Shown: one piece after another, positions 1-13,035 of the stretch
How positions within the stretch are numbered: position 1 is the first letter of the stretch
Layout: each line of letters opens with the position of its first letter
NCBI GenBank assembly: GCA_964016885.1
Contig: OZ024745.1
Coordinates: 85,808,001-85,872,000, forward strand
Length of the DNA: 64,000 nt
Direction of reading: 5' to 3'
From: Eledone cirrhosa
Lineage: Eukaryota
Made by a program: the position numbers and the translations under genes
The notes under the pieces: model-generated
What the model was told of the DNA's origin: nothing
What the model saw: only the letters and a program-made list of their open reading frames with translations
The model's database searches: none

Positions 1-1416
1 GGACCAAAGCTATACGGACCCCCCAAAACACTGATCAGGTAAGAAAAATGGTCGCACATGCAATAGGGGCTAGTATCAAAACTACCCTAAAGGGCCACAT
101 ATTTAAGTTCAATGAGAAAATCTACACCCAAAATGAGGGAGCAGCCATCGGCGTCAGCATAGCTGGTGATGTTGCCAACCTTTTCATGGTATGGTGGGAA
201 AGGAGACTTAAAGATCTCCTTAATGAAAGCTCCATAGACCTCATCATGTACTCTCGTTATGTAGACGATATCAATATAGTTATAAGAACACCCCCACTAG
301 AGAGCACTAACATGTTTGATTTAGAACGTAGCACGATGGAAAGCATCCAGCAGATAGCTAATTCCATACACCAGAGTATAACTGTAACTATCGACTTCCC
401 TTCCAAACACCCTAAACAATAGACTATCTGTATTAGACACAGAACTCTGGATTAACACTATAGACGAGAGAGCCCAAATTCTCCACTCACACTATGCTAA
501 ACCCATGGCCTCCAAATACCTGATACTCAAAAACTCAGCAATGTCCAGTAGTGCTAAGTTTAATATTCTGATCGCAGATTTGGTACGAGTGATGAAGAAT
601 GTGTCCAGCATGTGCGACCCAACAGAAATGGAAAGACACATCCAACACTTCATCAACCGCATGCAGTTCTCTGGCTACAACCAAAGAGACAGAGTCAGAG
701 TATACGAAGGAGCCATGGAAAAGTATAAGACCCTCATAAAACTGGACATGAAAGGAATTTGCCCATTATACAGGAGCAAATCATGGAATAGCTTAGATAG
801 GGCTAGACATAAGATAGGGAAAGCCACATCATGGTACGACAACCAGAGATACTAGAGTGTCATGTTTGTGGACGCCACCCCTGGAGGGAAATTAGCTAAC
901 CAGTGTAGAAAGGCCTTGAGAAAGACCCACTTAAAAATCAAGGTGGTAGAAAAGCCAGGAACCACCATAAAATCCCTGATCAGCAAAACCTACCCTTTTA
1001 AGAAAACCCACTGTACCAATAGGAAATGTATCATATGTAAGGTGAACCCCCGGATAAACTGTAAAACTAGAAACGTAGTCTATAGCATAAGATGTACAGA
1101 GGGTACTTGCAGAAACATGACAACAACATACATAGGTGAGACAGCTCGTAGCATAGGTGAAAGGATAGACCAACACTGGGGGGAACTAAAAGGACGAAAA
1201 AACGGGTCAGTACTATACGAACATGCTAGACAACAACATGACGGTAACATAGACAACATAGAAATTAGAATAATATCTAAACATAGGAATGACCCAGCAG
1301 ATAGGCAAATCAGAGAGACCAGTGAAATAGAAATTAGAAGACCAAAGCTAAACAGAAAGAATGAGTGGAACAAAAACAACACCCAAACAAACAACACTGA
1401 CCTAAGAGAAGTATAA
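1..1416 (+). pseudogene. Penelope-like element RT plus C-terminal GIY-YIG endonuclease (Cys-rich linker, Neptune/Hydra-like); 5' end cut by the window
   Basis: ORFs 48-422 (QNEGAAIG...YSRYVDD), 505-855 and 862-1416 ([43 protein letters not shown]). Frameshift near 420 and in-frame TAG at 853-855. Clade assignment is tentative. Confidence 0.9.
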
Positions 1417-1653
1417 ATAAGTAAATAAATAAAATAAAATAAAATAATATAATAAAATAAAATAAGATAAATAAATACATACACAAGCACAATAACAACA
1501 AGCACATAAACACACACTAGTCACCCAGCAGACACAACACTATACACACTAAATAAATAAATAAATATATAGACAGACTGAATAAAAAAATGGCGTAGAC
1601 ATACAACACAACAGGAGGAAAAAATATAACACAACAGGAGGAAAAAATATAAC

Positions 1654-1695
1654 ACCACTGACGATGTTGCAGATGTACAACGAAAGATTTATGTA
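1654..1695 (+). ncRNA. Degenerate type I hammerhead in PLE 3' pLTR (family O-like)
   Basis: CTGACGA-t-GTTG..CAAC-GAAA-gatt-TA with weak stem I. Same position and same downstream ATGACCCTCCC terminus as the better copy at 35067. Confidence 0.5.
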
Positions 1696-1936
1696 AATTA
1701 TGTAAACTATATATATGTGTTTGTGTCTATATTGTGTCTGTATTATTTTTGACCATCGGTCAGTCAATGGCAACATTGCGGACCGAGTAAGTTAGATCGC
1801 AGATATAAAAGACAGCGAGAAGCGAAAACCAACCAAACAATGAGTGTGTTCTGTTATTAATTCTGGCAATATTACGCAAATATGACCCTCCCCATATATA
1901 TATATATTGTTAGACTTGGGGAGGGTCATGAGAGGG

Positions 1937-1968
<32 letters not shown>

Positions 1969-1971
<3 letters not shown>

Positions 1972-2453
1972 AAAGTTCTATTTAAATTGTTGGGATACAA
2001 CTAGTAAATATTTTTATAACTGATATAAAGCACTCGACAAGTATTTGGAGTAGATTTACGATATTAACAAATGGAAACTATATTTATAAAACCATATTTA
2101 TTTCATTATACATATTTCAATGATACCAAGTTAAATTATGGTATGCCTTCATCAGACAAAATACAATACATACCAGTTTTATAAATAAACATTGACGTAC
2201 CCTTTCAAAATGCGAACGTTACTTTTGGATATCCTTAACACTACGACTTACTAAAATAAACAAACCACTAATCTGATGTCTTCCAAAAGTAACAGTCGCA
2301 TTTTGAAAGGGTACGTCAATGTTTATTTATAAAACTGGTATATATCGTATTTTGTCTGATGAAGGCAAACCATAATTTAACTTGGTATACTTGAAATATG
2401 TATAATGAAATAAATATGGTTTAATAAATATAGTTTCCATTTGTTAATATCGT
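1969..2453. mobile_element. Fold-back insertion of family C pLTR with two hammerheads (2101-2161 minus, 2350-2410 plus)
   Basis: Inverted arms around a ~50-bp spacer. HHR TTTTGT-CTGATGA-aggcatacca..tggtat..t-GAAA-t-atgt-ATA-ATGAAA. (TA)n on both flanks. Confidence 0.8.
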
Positions 2454-2458
2454 ATATA

Positions 2459-2509
<51 letters not shown>

Positions 2510-2669
2510 ATGTGTGTATGTATATGCATAATTACATACAGTGATTTAATGCTTATTTTCATTGATCTTTTGCTCCAGGAACTTGTTGAGTGCTCTAAAT
2601 CTGCTATAAACATTTATACCCTTTTTTAAATATATATTTTTTATTTATTATTTGTCGTATTCCCAACTT

Positions 2670-2757
2670 TTTATTTTCATTTTTATTTTTATTTTTATTT
2701 TTATTTTTATTTTTATTTTTATTTTTATTTTTATTTTTATTTTTATTTTTATTTTTA

Positions 2758-2788
<31 letters not shown>

Positions 2789-2880
2789 TTTATTTTTATT
2801 TTTATTTTTATTTTTATTTTTATTTTTATTTTTATTTTTATTTTTATTTTTATTTTTATTTTTATTTTTATTTTTATTTT
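2670..2880 (+). repeat. (TTTTTA)n simple repeat
   Basis: Direct reading of the sequence. Confidence 0.95.
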
Positions 2881-2951
2881 TATATATACTCTATTTAGGG
2901 TTTTTTTATATATATAATATTTATGTTCTTTCTCATATATATATATATAAT

Positions 2952-2992
<41 letters not shown>

Positions 2993-3633
2993 ATGCATAC
3001 GTATGTGTATGTATATGTATATATGCGTATATATATATATTTTAGAGTTAAACAAGGCTCATATGAATTATCTAAGAATGAGTTTTACACATATATATGT
3101 GTGTGTTTGTATTTGCATGTATGTGTTTGTGATATGTATGTATATGTATGTGTATGTATGTATGGATATGTATGTATGTATATATATATATATATATATA
3201 TGATATGTATGTGTGTGTATATATGTATATGTGTGTGTGTATGTGTATGTATATGTGTATGCGTATGTGTGTTTATGTATTTGTATATGTATGTGTATGT
3301 GTGAGAGTGTATGTATGTATTTATTTTTAAGTATGATTGTGTACGTGCATTTTTGTGTATTGCTTACCACGTGTGTTCAATTATTTGTTGCCTGTATCGC
3401 TGTCGTCATTATAATAATCTTTATATTCATTCTTATTTTTTTATTATTATATATTTTTTCTCATATTTATTTGTGTGTGCGAGTATGTAGGTGTGTGTAT
3501 ATATTTCTATATTTGCGCATGCGTATGTATGCGTGTATATATGTGTGTATGTATGTGTATGTGTGTACGTGTGTATATACGTATGATTGTGTGTATGTAT
3601 GTATGTATATATGTATGTGTATGTATGTGTATG

Positions 3634-3664
<31 letters not shown>

Positions 3665-4061
3665 GAATGTGTGTGTATTTTTGTATATATATATGTTTAT
3701 GTATATATATATATATATGCTTGTATATATATGTGTGTGTGTGTGTGTGTGTATGTATGCACATTTGTGTATTTGTATGTATGTGTATGTATGGATATGT
3801 TGATATTTATGTGTGTATGTATGTATGTGTATATGTATGTGTATGTATATATATACACATATATATGTGTGTGTGTGTGTGTATATGTGTGTGTGTATGT
3901 ATGTGTGTATGTATATATATAGGTGTATGTATATAATTGTGTGTGTGTGTGTTTGATAGTGTGTTTTTATGTTTCCTTTCCCCCTTTCTTTTCCAGCCTT
4001 ACTTTCATATAGATTATATTTTTGTTTTTGAAATCCAACGCCAATAAATACACCAGGATTT

Positions 4062-4122
4062 TTTCATTCTGATGATTGAAAGCGAAATTTATTTGCTTTT
4101 AAGAAACCACTGGTAAATGAAA
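4062..4122 (+). ncRNA. Type I hammerhead ribozyme, family D
   Basis: TTTCATT-CTGATGA-ttgaaagcgaa/tttgcttttaa-GAAA-CC-act-GG-TA-AATGAAA: 7-bp stem I, 11-bp stem II, GUA site. Second copy 4371-4430 minus; mutated copy near 16024-16085. Confidence 0.85.
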
Positions 4123-4310
4123 TAATTGCCTTATGTTGTTTATTACATGACTATATATTTTATATATATATATTATATATAGGTATATATTATATATAAA
4201 TATATATTATATATATATTATATATAAATATATATTATATATATATATTATATCTATATATGATATATATATATATATATTATATATATATATATTATAT
4301 ATATATATAT

Positions 4311-4340
<30 letters not shown>

Positions 4341-4341
<1 letters not shown>

Positions 4342-5235
4342 GTTATGTAATAAACAACATAAGGTAATTATTTCATTTACCAGTGGTTTCTTAAAAGCAA
4401 AAAATGTTGCATTCAATCATCAGAATGAAAAAATCCTGGCGTTTTTATTGACTTTGGATTTTAAAAACAAAAATGCAATCTGTATGAAAGTGAGGCTGGA
4501 GAAGGAAGAAGGAAAGGAAAAATAAAATAAAAACAAACATGCAAACACACACACACACAATTATATACATACACACACACACATATATATATATATACAT
4601 ACACACATACATACACACACACATATATACACACGCGCACCCACATATATATGTGTATATATTTACATACACATACAAATACACATATATACATACACAC
4701 ATAAATATCAACATATGCATACATATACATACATATATACAACCACACACATACACACATATATATATATATACATATATATACATATATATGCATACAT
4801 ATACACATACATAGCCATACACACATACATATACATACATACATACATACACACAATCATACGTATATACACACGTACATACATACACATACATACACAC
4901 ATATATACATGCATACATACGCATGCACAAAAATAGAAATATATACACACACCTCTACATACTCACACACACAAATAAATATAAGAAAAAATATATATAA
5001 TAATAAAAGGCATAAAAAAGAAAATAAAGACTATTATAAAGTTGACAGCGATACAGGCAACAAATAAATGAACAAACACACGTGGTAAGCAATACACACA
5101 AATCCACGTACACATACATACGTAAAAATAAATACATACACACACTCTCACACATAAATATACATATACAAATACATAAACACTTACATACGCATACACA
5201 AATACATACACATACACACACACATATACATATAT

Positions 5236-5278
<43 letters not shown>

Positions 5279-5604
5279 CACACACACATACATACATAGC
5301 CATACAATTATACACCTACATATACATACATATCACAAACACGCACAATCAAATAGAAACACACACACATATATATATATGGATGTAAAACTCATTCTTA
5401 GATAATTCATATGAACCTTATTTAACTCTAAAATAAATATATATATATATTTATATATATATATATACACATACACATACATACACATACATACACATAC
5501 ATACGTACTCACATACTCATATATACCTACACACACATATATACATACACATACGTATGCATACGTACATGCACACACCCACACACATATACATATATAA
5601 CTCA

Positions 5605-5636
<32 letters not shown>

Positions 5637-5860
5637 AAGAACAAATATTATAAAATAAATATTGTATATATAAAAATAAAAAAATATTGTATATATAAAA
5701 ATAAAAAAATAAATAAAATAAAATAATAATATATATATTTAAAAAAGGGTATAAATATTTGTAGCAGATTTAGAGCACTCAACAAATTCCAGGGGTAAAG
5801 ATCAATGAAAATAATCATTAAATCACTATATGTAATGATGCATATACATACACCCTTATG
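4341..5860 (-). mobile_element. Family D element, inverted copy facing 2520-4152 tail-to-tail
   Basis: Reverse-complement match of all unique islands, with visible divergence. Same 3' terminus abutting (TA)n. Confidence 0.75.
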
Positions 5861-5994
5861 CATATGTACATATACACACACACATACACACATATATATA
5901 TATACATACACACACACAAAAAAACACAACCACAGAAATACACACACACATACAAATACGTATATATACATATATATATATATATATATACACT

Positions 5995-6972
5995 GGATAT
6001 GCAAATTGGGCTACTCAGCCGTTAATATGCATAAGGTAAGTATATACGTTCAATAATCTGGCAGGATGGTATACGTTGCTGACGATAGCTAATAAGCTTG
6101 AAACTAGTACAGCGTTCCTTTGTCAGTATTGAATATTTCGCTGCACCCGGCCGATCAACCCACTCGATATGCAAATTGGGCTACTCAGCCGTTAATATGC
6201 ATAAGGTAAGTATATACGTTCAACTATCTGGCAGGAAGGTATACGTTGCTGACGATAGCTAATAAGCTTGAAACTAGTACAGTGTTCCTTTGTCAGTGTT
6301 GAACAAACGAGCAACGATGGTTGCTGGACACTACGGCTTAATGCGGGATGTTTGTTTACAAACACACCGAGCATTATAATAAATGTTCAGTGAATCCATA
6401 CGTACATATATATATGTGTGCATGTATGTATATATATATACATACTACTGTACGTCTGTATACATATATGAATGTACGTGTACATATTTATATTTAAGTA
6501 ACAGCCATACTAAGAGTGGGAAATTAAATTAAGTTTCATTTTTTCCGTTTATCGTTTTCGGTGCACCCAGCCGATTAACCCACTCGATATGCAAATTGGG
6601 CTACTCAGTCGTTAATATGCATAAGGTAAGTATATACGTTCAACAATCTGGCAGGATGGTATACGTTGCTGACGATAGCTAATAAGCTTGAAACTAGTAC
6701 AACGTTCCTTTGTCAGTGTTGAACAAACGAGCAACGATGGTTGCTAGACACTACGGCTTTATACGGGATGTTTGTTTACAAACACACCGAGCATTGTAAT
6801 AAATGTTCGGTGAATCCATACGTACATGTATATATGTGTGCATGTATGTATCAATATATGCATACCACTGTACGTCTGTATACATATATGTATGTACGTG
6901 TACATACTTATATTTAAGTAACAGCCGTACTGAGAGTGGGAAATGAAATTTCGTTTATTTTTTCCGTTTATT
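5995..6972 (+). repeat. Family A tandem array (~420-bp unit), one hammerhead per unit, retrozyme-like
   Basis: HHRs at 6073-6115, 6243-6285 and 6663-6705: ACGTTG-CTGACGA-tAGCT-aata-AGCTt-GAAAC-ta-GTA-CARYGT. The first unit is internally deleted (170-bp spacing). Confidence 0.9.
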
Positions 6973-6982
6973 ATATATATAT

Positions 6983-7172
6983 TAGGGCGGTGGATTGGCA
7001 GTATCGGTGGAGGGTCGGACGCCATGCTTTCCAGCATAGTTACGTCCCTTTACGATCTGAGTTCAAATCACGCCGAGGTTCACTTTGCCTTACATCCTTA
7101 CGGGGTCGATAAAATAAAGTACCAGTAATGCACAGGGTAATTGCTGGCCTTGTGCCTAAAGTAGAAGCAATT
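6983..7172 (+). mobile_element. tRNA-derived SINE (octopus-type)
   Basis: A-box-like TGGCAGTATCGG, B-box GTTCAAATC, body GTCGATAAAATAAAGTACCAG. Five near-full copies in the window, all in (TA)n. Confidence 0.8.
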
Positions 7173-7192
7173 ATATATATATTATATATATT

Positions 7193-7382
7193 AAGGGCGG
7201 TGAATTGGCAGTATCGGTAGAGGGTTGGACGCCATGCTTTCTAGCATAGTTACGTCCCTTTACAGTCTGAGTTCAAATGCCGCCGAGGTTAACTTTGCCT
7301 TTCATCCTTACGGGGTCGATAAAATAAAGTACCAGTAATGTACTGGGTAATTGCTGGCCTTGTGCCTAAAGTAGAAGCAATT
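7193..7382 (+). mobile_element. tRNA-derived SINE, second copy
   Basis: Homologous to 6983-7172. Confidence 0.8.
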
Positions 7383-7409
7383 ATATATATATTATATATA
7401 TATATTATA

Positions 7410-7451
<42 letters not shown>

Positions 7452-8454
7452 AGATAAATCTACCAAAATGTACGGTAGTGTCCAATTCGTATGAAAAACT
7501 CAATGTAATCCAAATATCATGAAAATAGAAGATGTATTCTAAATCTTTTCGATGAAAAACACAGGAAAACAGTCAAGATGAATTAATAAAAATAATGAAT
7601 AAAAACAAAGAAACAGTTCCTTATATTAAAAAATTCATCATTTTACGGTCTTTTCTAGGATATATATGTGTGTTGGTATGTATATCATATAGATCTATGT
7701 AAAATTTTTACAAACTATCAGAGGGAATATACATACCTACACATATATATGCTGTCTTTAGAAATAGTGATATTTGTTTATTGAAAAAAAACCAACAAAG
7801 ATTTAATATAATAGGTCTGTTTGGGAACAGGTTTTGAATTGACCAATAGAAAGGTAGTAAGTGGTCAAGATGGTAGAATAGTAGTAATGGAACTTTAATT
7901 TAGGGGTAGAGGAAAGCAGACTTCAGTTTTGAATGGAAAGAGTATTTTGGATGAAAAGATTACTTTGGGGATGAAAATAGGTCAAGTCGGAAAAAGGTAC
8001 ACGAAAATTTGATGTTATAAAAGAATAATGCGAATGTAAAAATCTAAGGAGATTAAAATTTTACGGTAAATATGTTAGTGAAAAATATCAATCTTATTTA
8101 AAACATAAGGAATTTACATCTATGAAAAGAAATTAAATTAATTTAATTGATAAGTATATTTATATTGATAAATTTATATTAATTCATATAGATATGATAA
8201 ATAAGAGTTAGATGTAATTGAAGAATGTTGTTAAAAACGAAGGGAAAATAAAAAAAATAATAATAATAATTGGGGGGGATAAATGTATTAGTGAGAAATA
8301 ACAAATTTATATAGATTATAAGGAATATAGATTCATAACCTGAAACTAAAATAGTTTATATGTATACTTATGGGTATAAATTTTAGGAAAAGATAGCTGT
8401 AAAATAGAAATTTAAAAAAAAAAAAAATTATTATAATAATTTCTAAAGTTTATA

Positions 8455-9336
8455 TTAATTAGGTTTATAATATTTAAAATTTCTTCTAATTTTATGATTA
8501 CATGATATAATTAATTCTTGTCGCTTATTTAATAGGATATCCTTAGGTTTCATTATTTCAAAAAGTTCCTGGGAACATAATCTACATTCATATCTATTAT
8601 TTTGATAAGGGGTGACCCTTTTGAGCACACTCCAGGTCGGATTATAATCGATATTCTTTTTTCTATAATTATTAATTATTTCAGCTAAGGATGTTGTATT
8701 AGCTAATGCGGCATTTTTAAAAGTGTGTTTGTGGGTATTAAATCTTACTTTAAATTGGTTAGAAGTAGCTCCTATATATGAATAAGTTGAGTCCTTAGTG
8801 TTAACTTTACATTTATATACTATGTTATTAATAAGGCAATTTCCTTTTAATGGGCAATTTGCTTTGTTTCTACAGTTACAACCTTTCGTGAATGCTGTAT
8901 CAGAGGAGATAGTCAAATTAGGTGTGGAATTTTTACGACTTGTTGTATGTAAATGAGATGGTGGTTTGCTGTGGTTTATTTTAGTATTATGGTTAGTTTG
9001 ATGTATTGGTGGTATATTTATGGTTATTTTACATTTATATGCATTATAGGCACTTATATTTTGTTTTATATTTTTGGTTGTTGAGTAGGAGAATTTGACC
9101 GTTGATCTATTTAAAATGTGATGGTATTTATGGTTTGGCGGGAAGTTTTTCTCTAGGATAGTAACAACATTTTTAGGTATATTATCTTTAATTTGTAGAT
9201 TAAATGGAGCATTATACCAAGTAACTCGTCTATTACGGTTCCGATGTTGTTTATTATTTTTATACGATGTATCCTGATGTTTATTAAGAGAATTAGTATT
9301 AGTGATTTTATTACACATATTTTTAGTTAGATGCAT
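8455..9336 (-). pseudogene. 5'-truncated PLE: linker plus GIY-YIG endonuclease (Nematis-like); 3' UTR probably extends to ~7450
   Basis: Open 293-aa frame: VTWYNAPF, CNCRNKANCPLKGNC, NIVYKC..YIGAT..FKVRFNTH, CRLC..E..LLNKRQE..CNH. Confidence 0.9.
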
Positions 9337-9419
9337 TGATTTAGGTGTTTTAGCCTGATTATTAGGAATTTTGTTATTAACATATATTGGAATATTAGGA
9401 TGAATGGTTTTTTGAAAGT

Positions 9420-9800
9420 TATTATATTGTATATTAGAAGAGTTTTCCTTGATATAACATTAGACTTATCTACGGGTATCTACCAACCTTACCATAAACC
9501 TAACCAAAACTTACATTACATACACTCACAATCTAATCACCCTAAATCTATCCTTAAAAACCTAGCATATAATATCTCACTCAGAATGTCTAACCTTTCA
9601 TCTAACCAGGATGTAGATTCGATAAAAATGCGACCTTTTATAACGAAGCTTTAGCTAGAAGCGGCCACAAAAACAAATTAGTATATATACCTTGTACCAA
9701 TAACACTACAAACATACAACCCAATATTACCAACATACACCAAATGAAATATACACACTATATGCCACTCACACTATACCCCAAAATACCAACTTAAAAC
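9420..9800 (+). pseudogene. PLE RT C-terminal (thumb) fragment, inverted relative to its neighbours
   Basis: FLDITLDL..YQPYHKPN..YIHSQSNHPKSI..RMSNLSS, homologous to the 43519-44775 protein. Confidence 0.85.
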
Positions 9801-10395
9801 TTAATTTCTCTAACTCTTCTAATATACAATATCCCAGTGCGTGGAGAAGCTGATGTTTAATTCTTTTAATGATGTGATGTAGTCCGCGAGCAAAGTGGAG
9901 TGTCTTAGTTTTTTATTTGTGAAAGAGTGGAGATGTGTTCGAAACCTAATTTTGAACGGGCCGGAGGTAGCCCCTATATAACGTTTAACGCTATTGTGGC
10001 TAGTTACAGTGCATCTATATATAACCCTATAAGTCAAGCAGTATCCTCTAAGAGGGCAGCATCCACTGTCACGGCAGTTGCAATTTCTGTCGCGGTTCCA
10101 TCTATTTCCCACGGTAAGGCTATCATTGTTGCAGCCTACGTTGTTACCTACGCTCCTGCAGCTGTCGTTAGCACCATTACAACCCACAGCACGCGGGGTG
10201 GTGCGATTGTTATTCCGCACGTCATGTTCTGCATGTTCCACAGTCATTTCGCGGTCATGCTAGTGGCGTCTGCAGAGGCCATTGCTCGCACTATTGGATG
10301 CTGCTAGAGAGTTGTTAAGGCCGATATAGTTATTGTCAGGTGAAGGTGCATCTGTGTCGAGGTGCTGTGTCTTGGTGATCTTACTGTGGTTCGTT
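9800..10395 (-). pseudogene. PLE GIY-YIG fragment (Nematis-like), joined to an inverted family E tail at 10395-10585
   Basis: CNCRDSGCCPLRGYC..VIYRC..YIGATSGPFKIRFRTH. Partial second copy at 22613-23085. Confidence 0.85.
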
Positions 10396-10582
10396 GTTCC
10401 TATTTCTTACTTTTCCACGTGCTAACGCTCTGCTAAATCTCTAGCCCACTAAATATTAACACTCCGAACATTTAATACTGCCGGCATTAGTATCGAGCAC
10501 ATTTGGCATAGGCTACTTGGCAAATAACTATATGTATCACCTATCCTCCCCTTTTTTTCTCTCTCTCGATAAGTAAATACAG

Positions 10583-10584
<2 letters not shown>

Positions 10585-10621
<37 letters not shown>

Positions 10622-11510
10622 ATATATATATATATTATATATATATTATATATATATATATTAAATATATATATATATATATTATATATATATATTATAT
10701 ATAAATATATTATATATATATATATTATATATATATATATTATGTATATATATATATTATATATATTATATATTTATATATATTATATATATATATATAT
10801 ATTATATATATATATATTATATATATATATAGATTATATATATATAAATATTATATATATATATATTATATATATAAATATATATTATATATATATATTA
10901 TATATATTATATATATATATATTTTATATTATATATATATATATTATATATATATATTATATATATATTATATATATATTATATATTATATATATATATT
11001 ATATATATTATATATTATATATTATATATATATATTATATACATATTATATATATATATATGATAATATATATATAATTTATATATATATTATGTATTAT
11101 ATATATATTATATATATATATTATATATTTATTATATATATATTATATATATATATATTATATTTATATATATATTATATATATATTATATATTATATAT
11201 ATATTATATATTATATATAAATATATTATATATATATTATATATTATATATATATATATTATATATATATTATATATTATATATATATATATATTATATA
11301 TATATATTATATATATATTATATAATATATATATATATATTATATATGTATTATATATTATATATATATATATTATATATATATATATATTATATATATA
11401 TATTATTTATATATATAGATTATATATATATATATTATATATATATATATAGATTAAATATATATATATTATATATATATTTTATATATATATATATATA
11501 TTATATATAT
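10585..11510. repeat. Long degenerate (TA)n tract, representative of many (e.g. 16875-17525, 24085-24938, 28910-29500, 38075-38905, 48290-48716)
   Basis: Direct reading; (TA)n interrupted by TT/AA phase shifts. Confidence 0.95.
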
Positions 11511-11700
11511 ACGATATATTAACAAATGGAAACTATATTTATAAAACCATATTTATTTCATTATCCATATTTCAAGGACACCAAGTTAAATTATGGCGTG
11601 CTTTCATCATATAAAATATAATATAGATCGGTTTTATAAATAATTATTGACATACGCTTAAAGAATGCTACCATTTCTGTTGGAAGCTCCCGGATAGGGG
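11511..11700 (-). mobile_element. Family C pLTR fragment with mutated hammerhead
   Basis: Homologous to 2057-2230 and 13120-13325. Confidence 0.75.
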
Positions 11701-11823
11701 AGTTATAAATTTGTTTATACTATTATGCAAATTAATACCCCAACAGCTTATTTTAAATCTACTGTGATTTTAAAATATCCGACACTAATTTGCATAATAG
11801 TATAAATAAAGTTTCTTACGTAT

Positions 11824-12225
11824 ACTTACGTATATACTTACCTTATTCATATTAACGGCTGAGTAGCCCAATTTGCATATCGAGTGGGTTATGCATAAGG
11901 TAAGTATATACGTTCAACAATCTGGCAGGAAGGTATACGTTGCTGACGATAGCTAATAAGCTTGAAACTAGTACAGCGTTCCTTTGTCAGTGTTGAACGA
12001 TGGTTGCTGGACACTACGGCTTAATACGGGATGTTTGTTTACAAACACACCGAGCATTATAATAAATGTTCGGTGAATCCATACGTACATATATATATAT
12101 GAGTGCATGTATGTATATATATACACATACTACTGTACGTCATACATATATGTATGTACGTGAACATACTTATATTTAAGTAACAGCCGTACTAAGAGTG
12201 GGAAATGAAATTTCGTTTCATTTTT
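11824..12225 (+). repeat. Family A unit (HHR 11937-11979) preceded by an inverted family A piece (11824-11890)
   Basis: Same HHR sequence as 6073-6115. The reverse-complement octamer segment abuts the plus-strand copy. Confidence 0.85.
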
Positions 12226-12363
12226 TGTGTATATATATATATATATGTTTAAGTGTTAAACAAGGTTCAGTGAATACATCTAAGAATGAGTTTTACACAC
12301 ATACATGTGTGTGTATGTATTTGTATGTATGTGTGTATGTATATGTATGTGTATATATGTGTG

Positions 12364-12488
<125 letters not shown>

Positions 12489-12819
12489 ATGAGTATATGT
12501 ATATGTATGTGTGTGTGTATGTATTTGTTTTTATGTATGTATGTGTATGTGCTATTGTGTGTATTGCTTACCACGTGTGTTTGTTCATTTATGTGTTGCC
12601 TGTATCGCTGTCAACTTTATAATAATTTTTACATTTATTTTTATTCTTATGTGACGGTATTTTTATTATTATATGTTTTCTCATAATTATTTGTGTGTGT
12701 ACATATATCTATATTTGTGCATGCGTATGTATGCGTGTATATATGTGTGTATGTATGTGTGTATACGTACGTGTGTATATATGTATGATTATGTGTATGT
12801 ATGTATATATATATATGTA

Positions 12820-12861
<42 letters not shown>

Positions 12862-12987
12862 TATATATATAAATATATATATATATACATGTGTGTGTGT
12901 GTGTGTTTGTGTATTTGTGTGTGTATGTATGGATATGTTGATATATATGTGTATGTATCTATATGTATATGTTTCTGTATTTTTACT

Positions 12988-13032
<45 letters not shown>

Positions 13033-13035
<3 letters not shown>

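Larger units (their letters stand above)
2520..4152 (+). mobile_element. Family D non-coding, microsatellite-rich element ending in a hammerhead
   Basis: Unique islands at 2530-2630, 3040-3090, 3355-3470 and 3960-4152 recur inverted at 4341-5860 and directly at 12240-12990 and 15860-16115. Confidence 0.7.

Noticed and set aside
1-1416. Selenocysteine or programmed readthrough in PLE ORFs; Naiad-type element
   Set aside because: The breaks here and at 45015-45659 are TAG stops and frameshifts, not TGA at Cys positions, and the endonuclease is C-terminal.
7605-7650. Possible hammerhead in the 3' UTR of the 8455-9336 element
   Set aside because: Only ATGATGA..GGAAC remnants; stems could not be supported.
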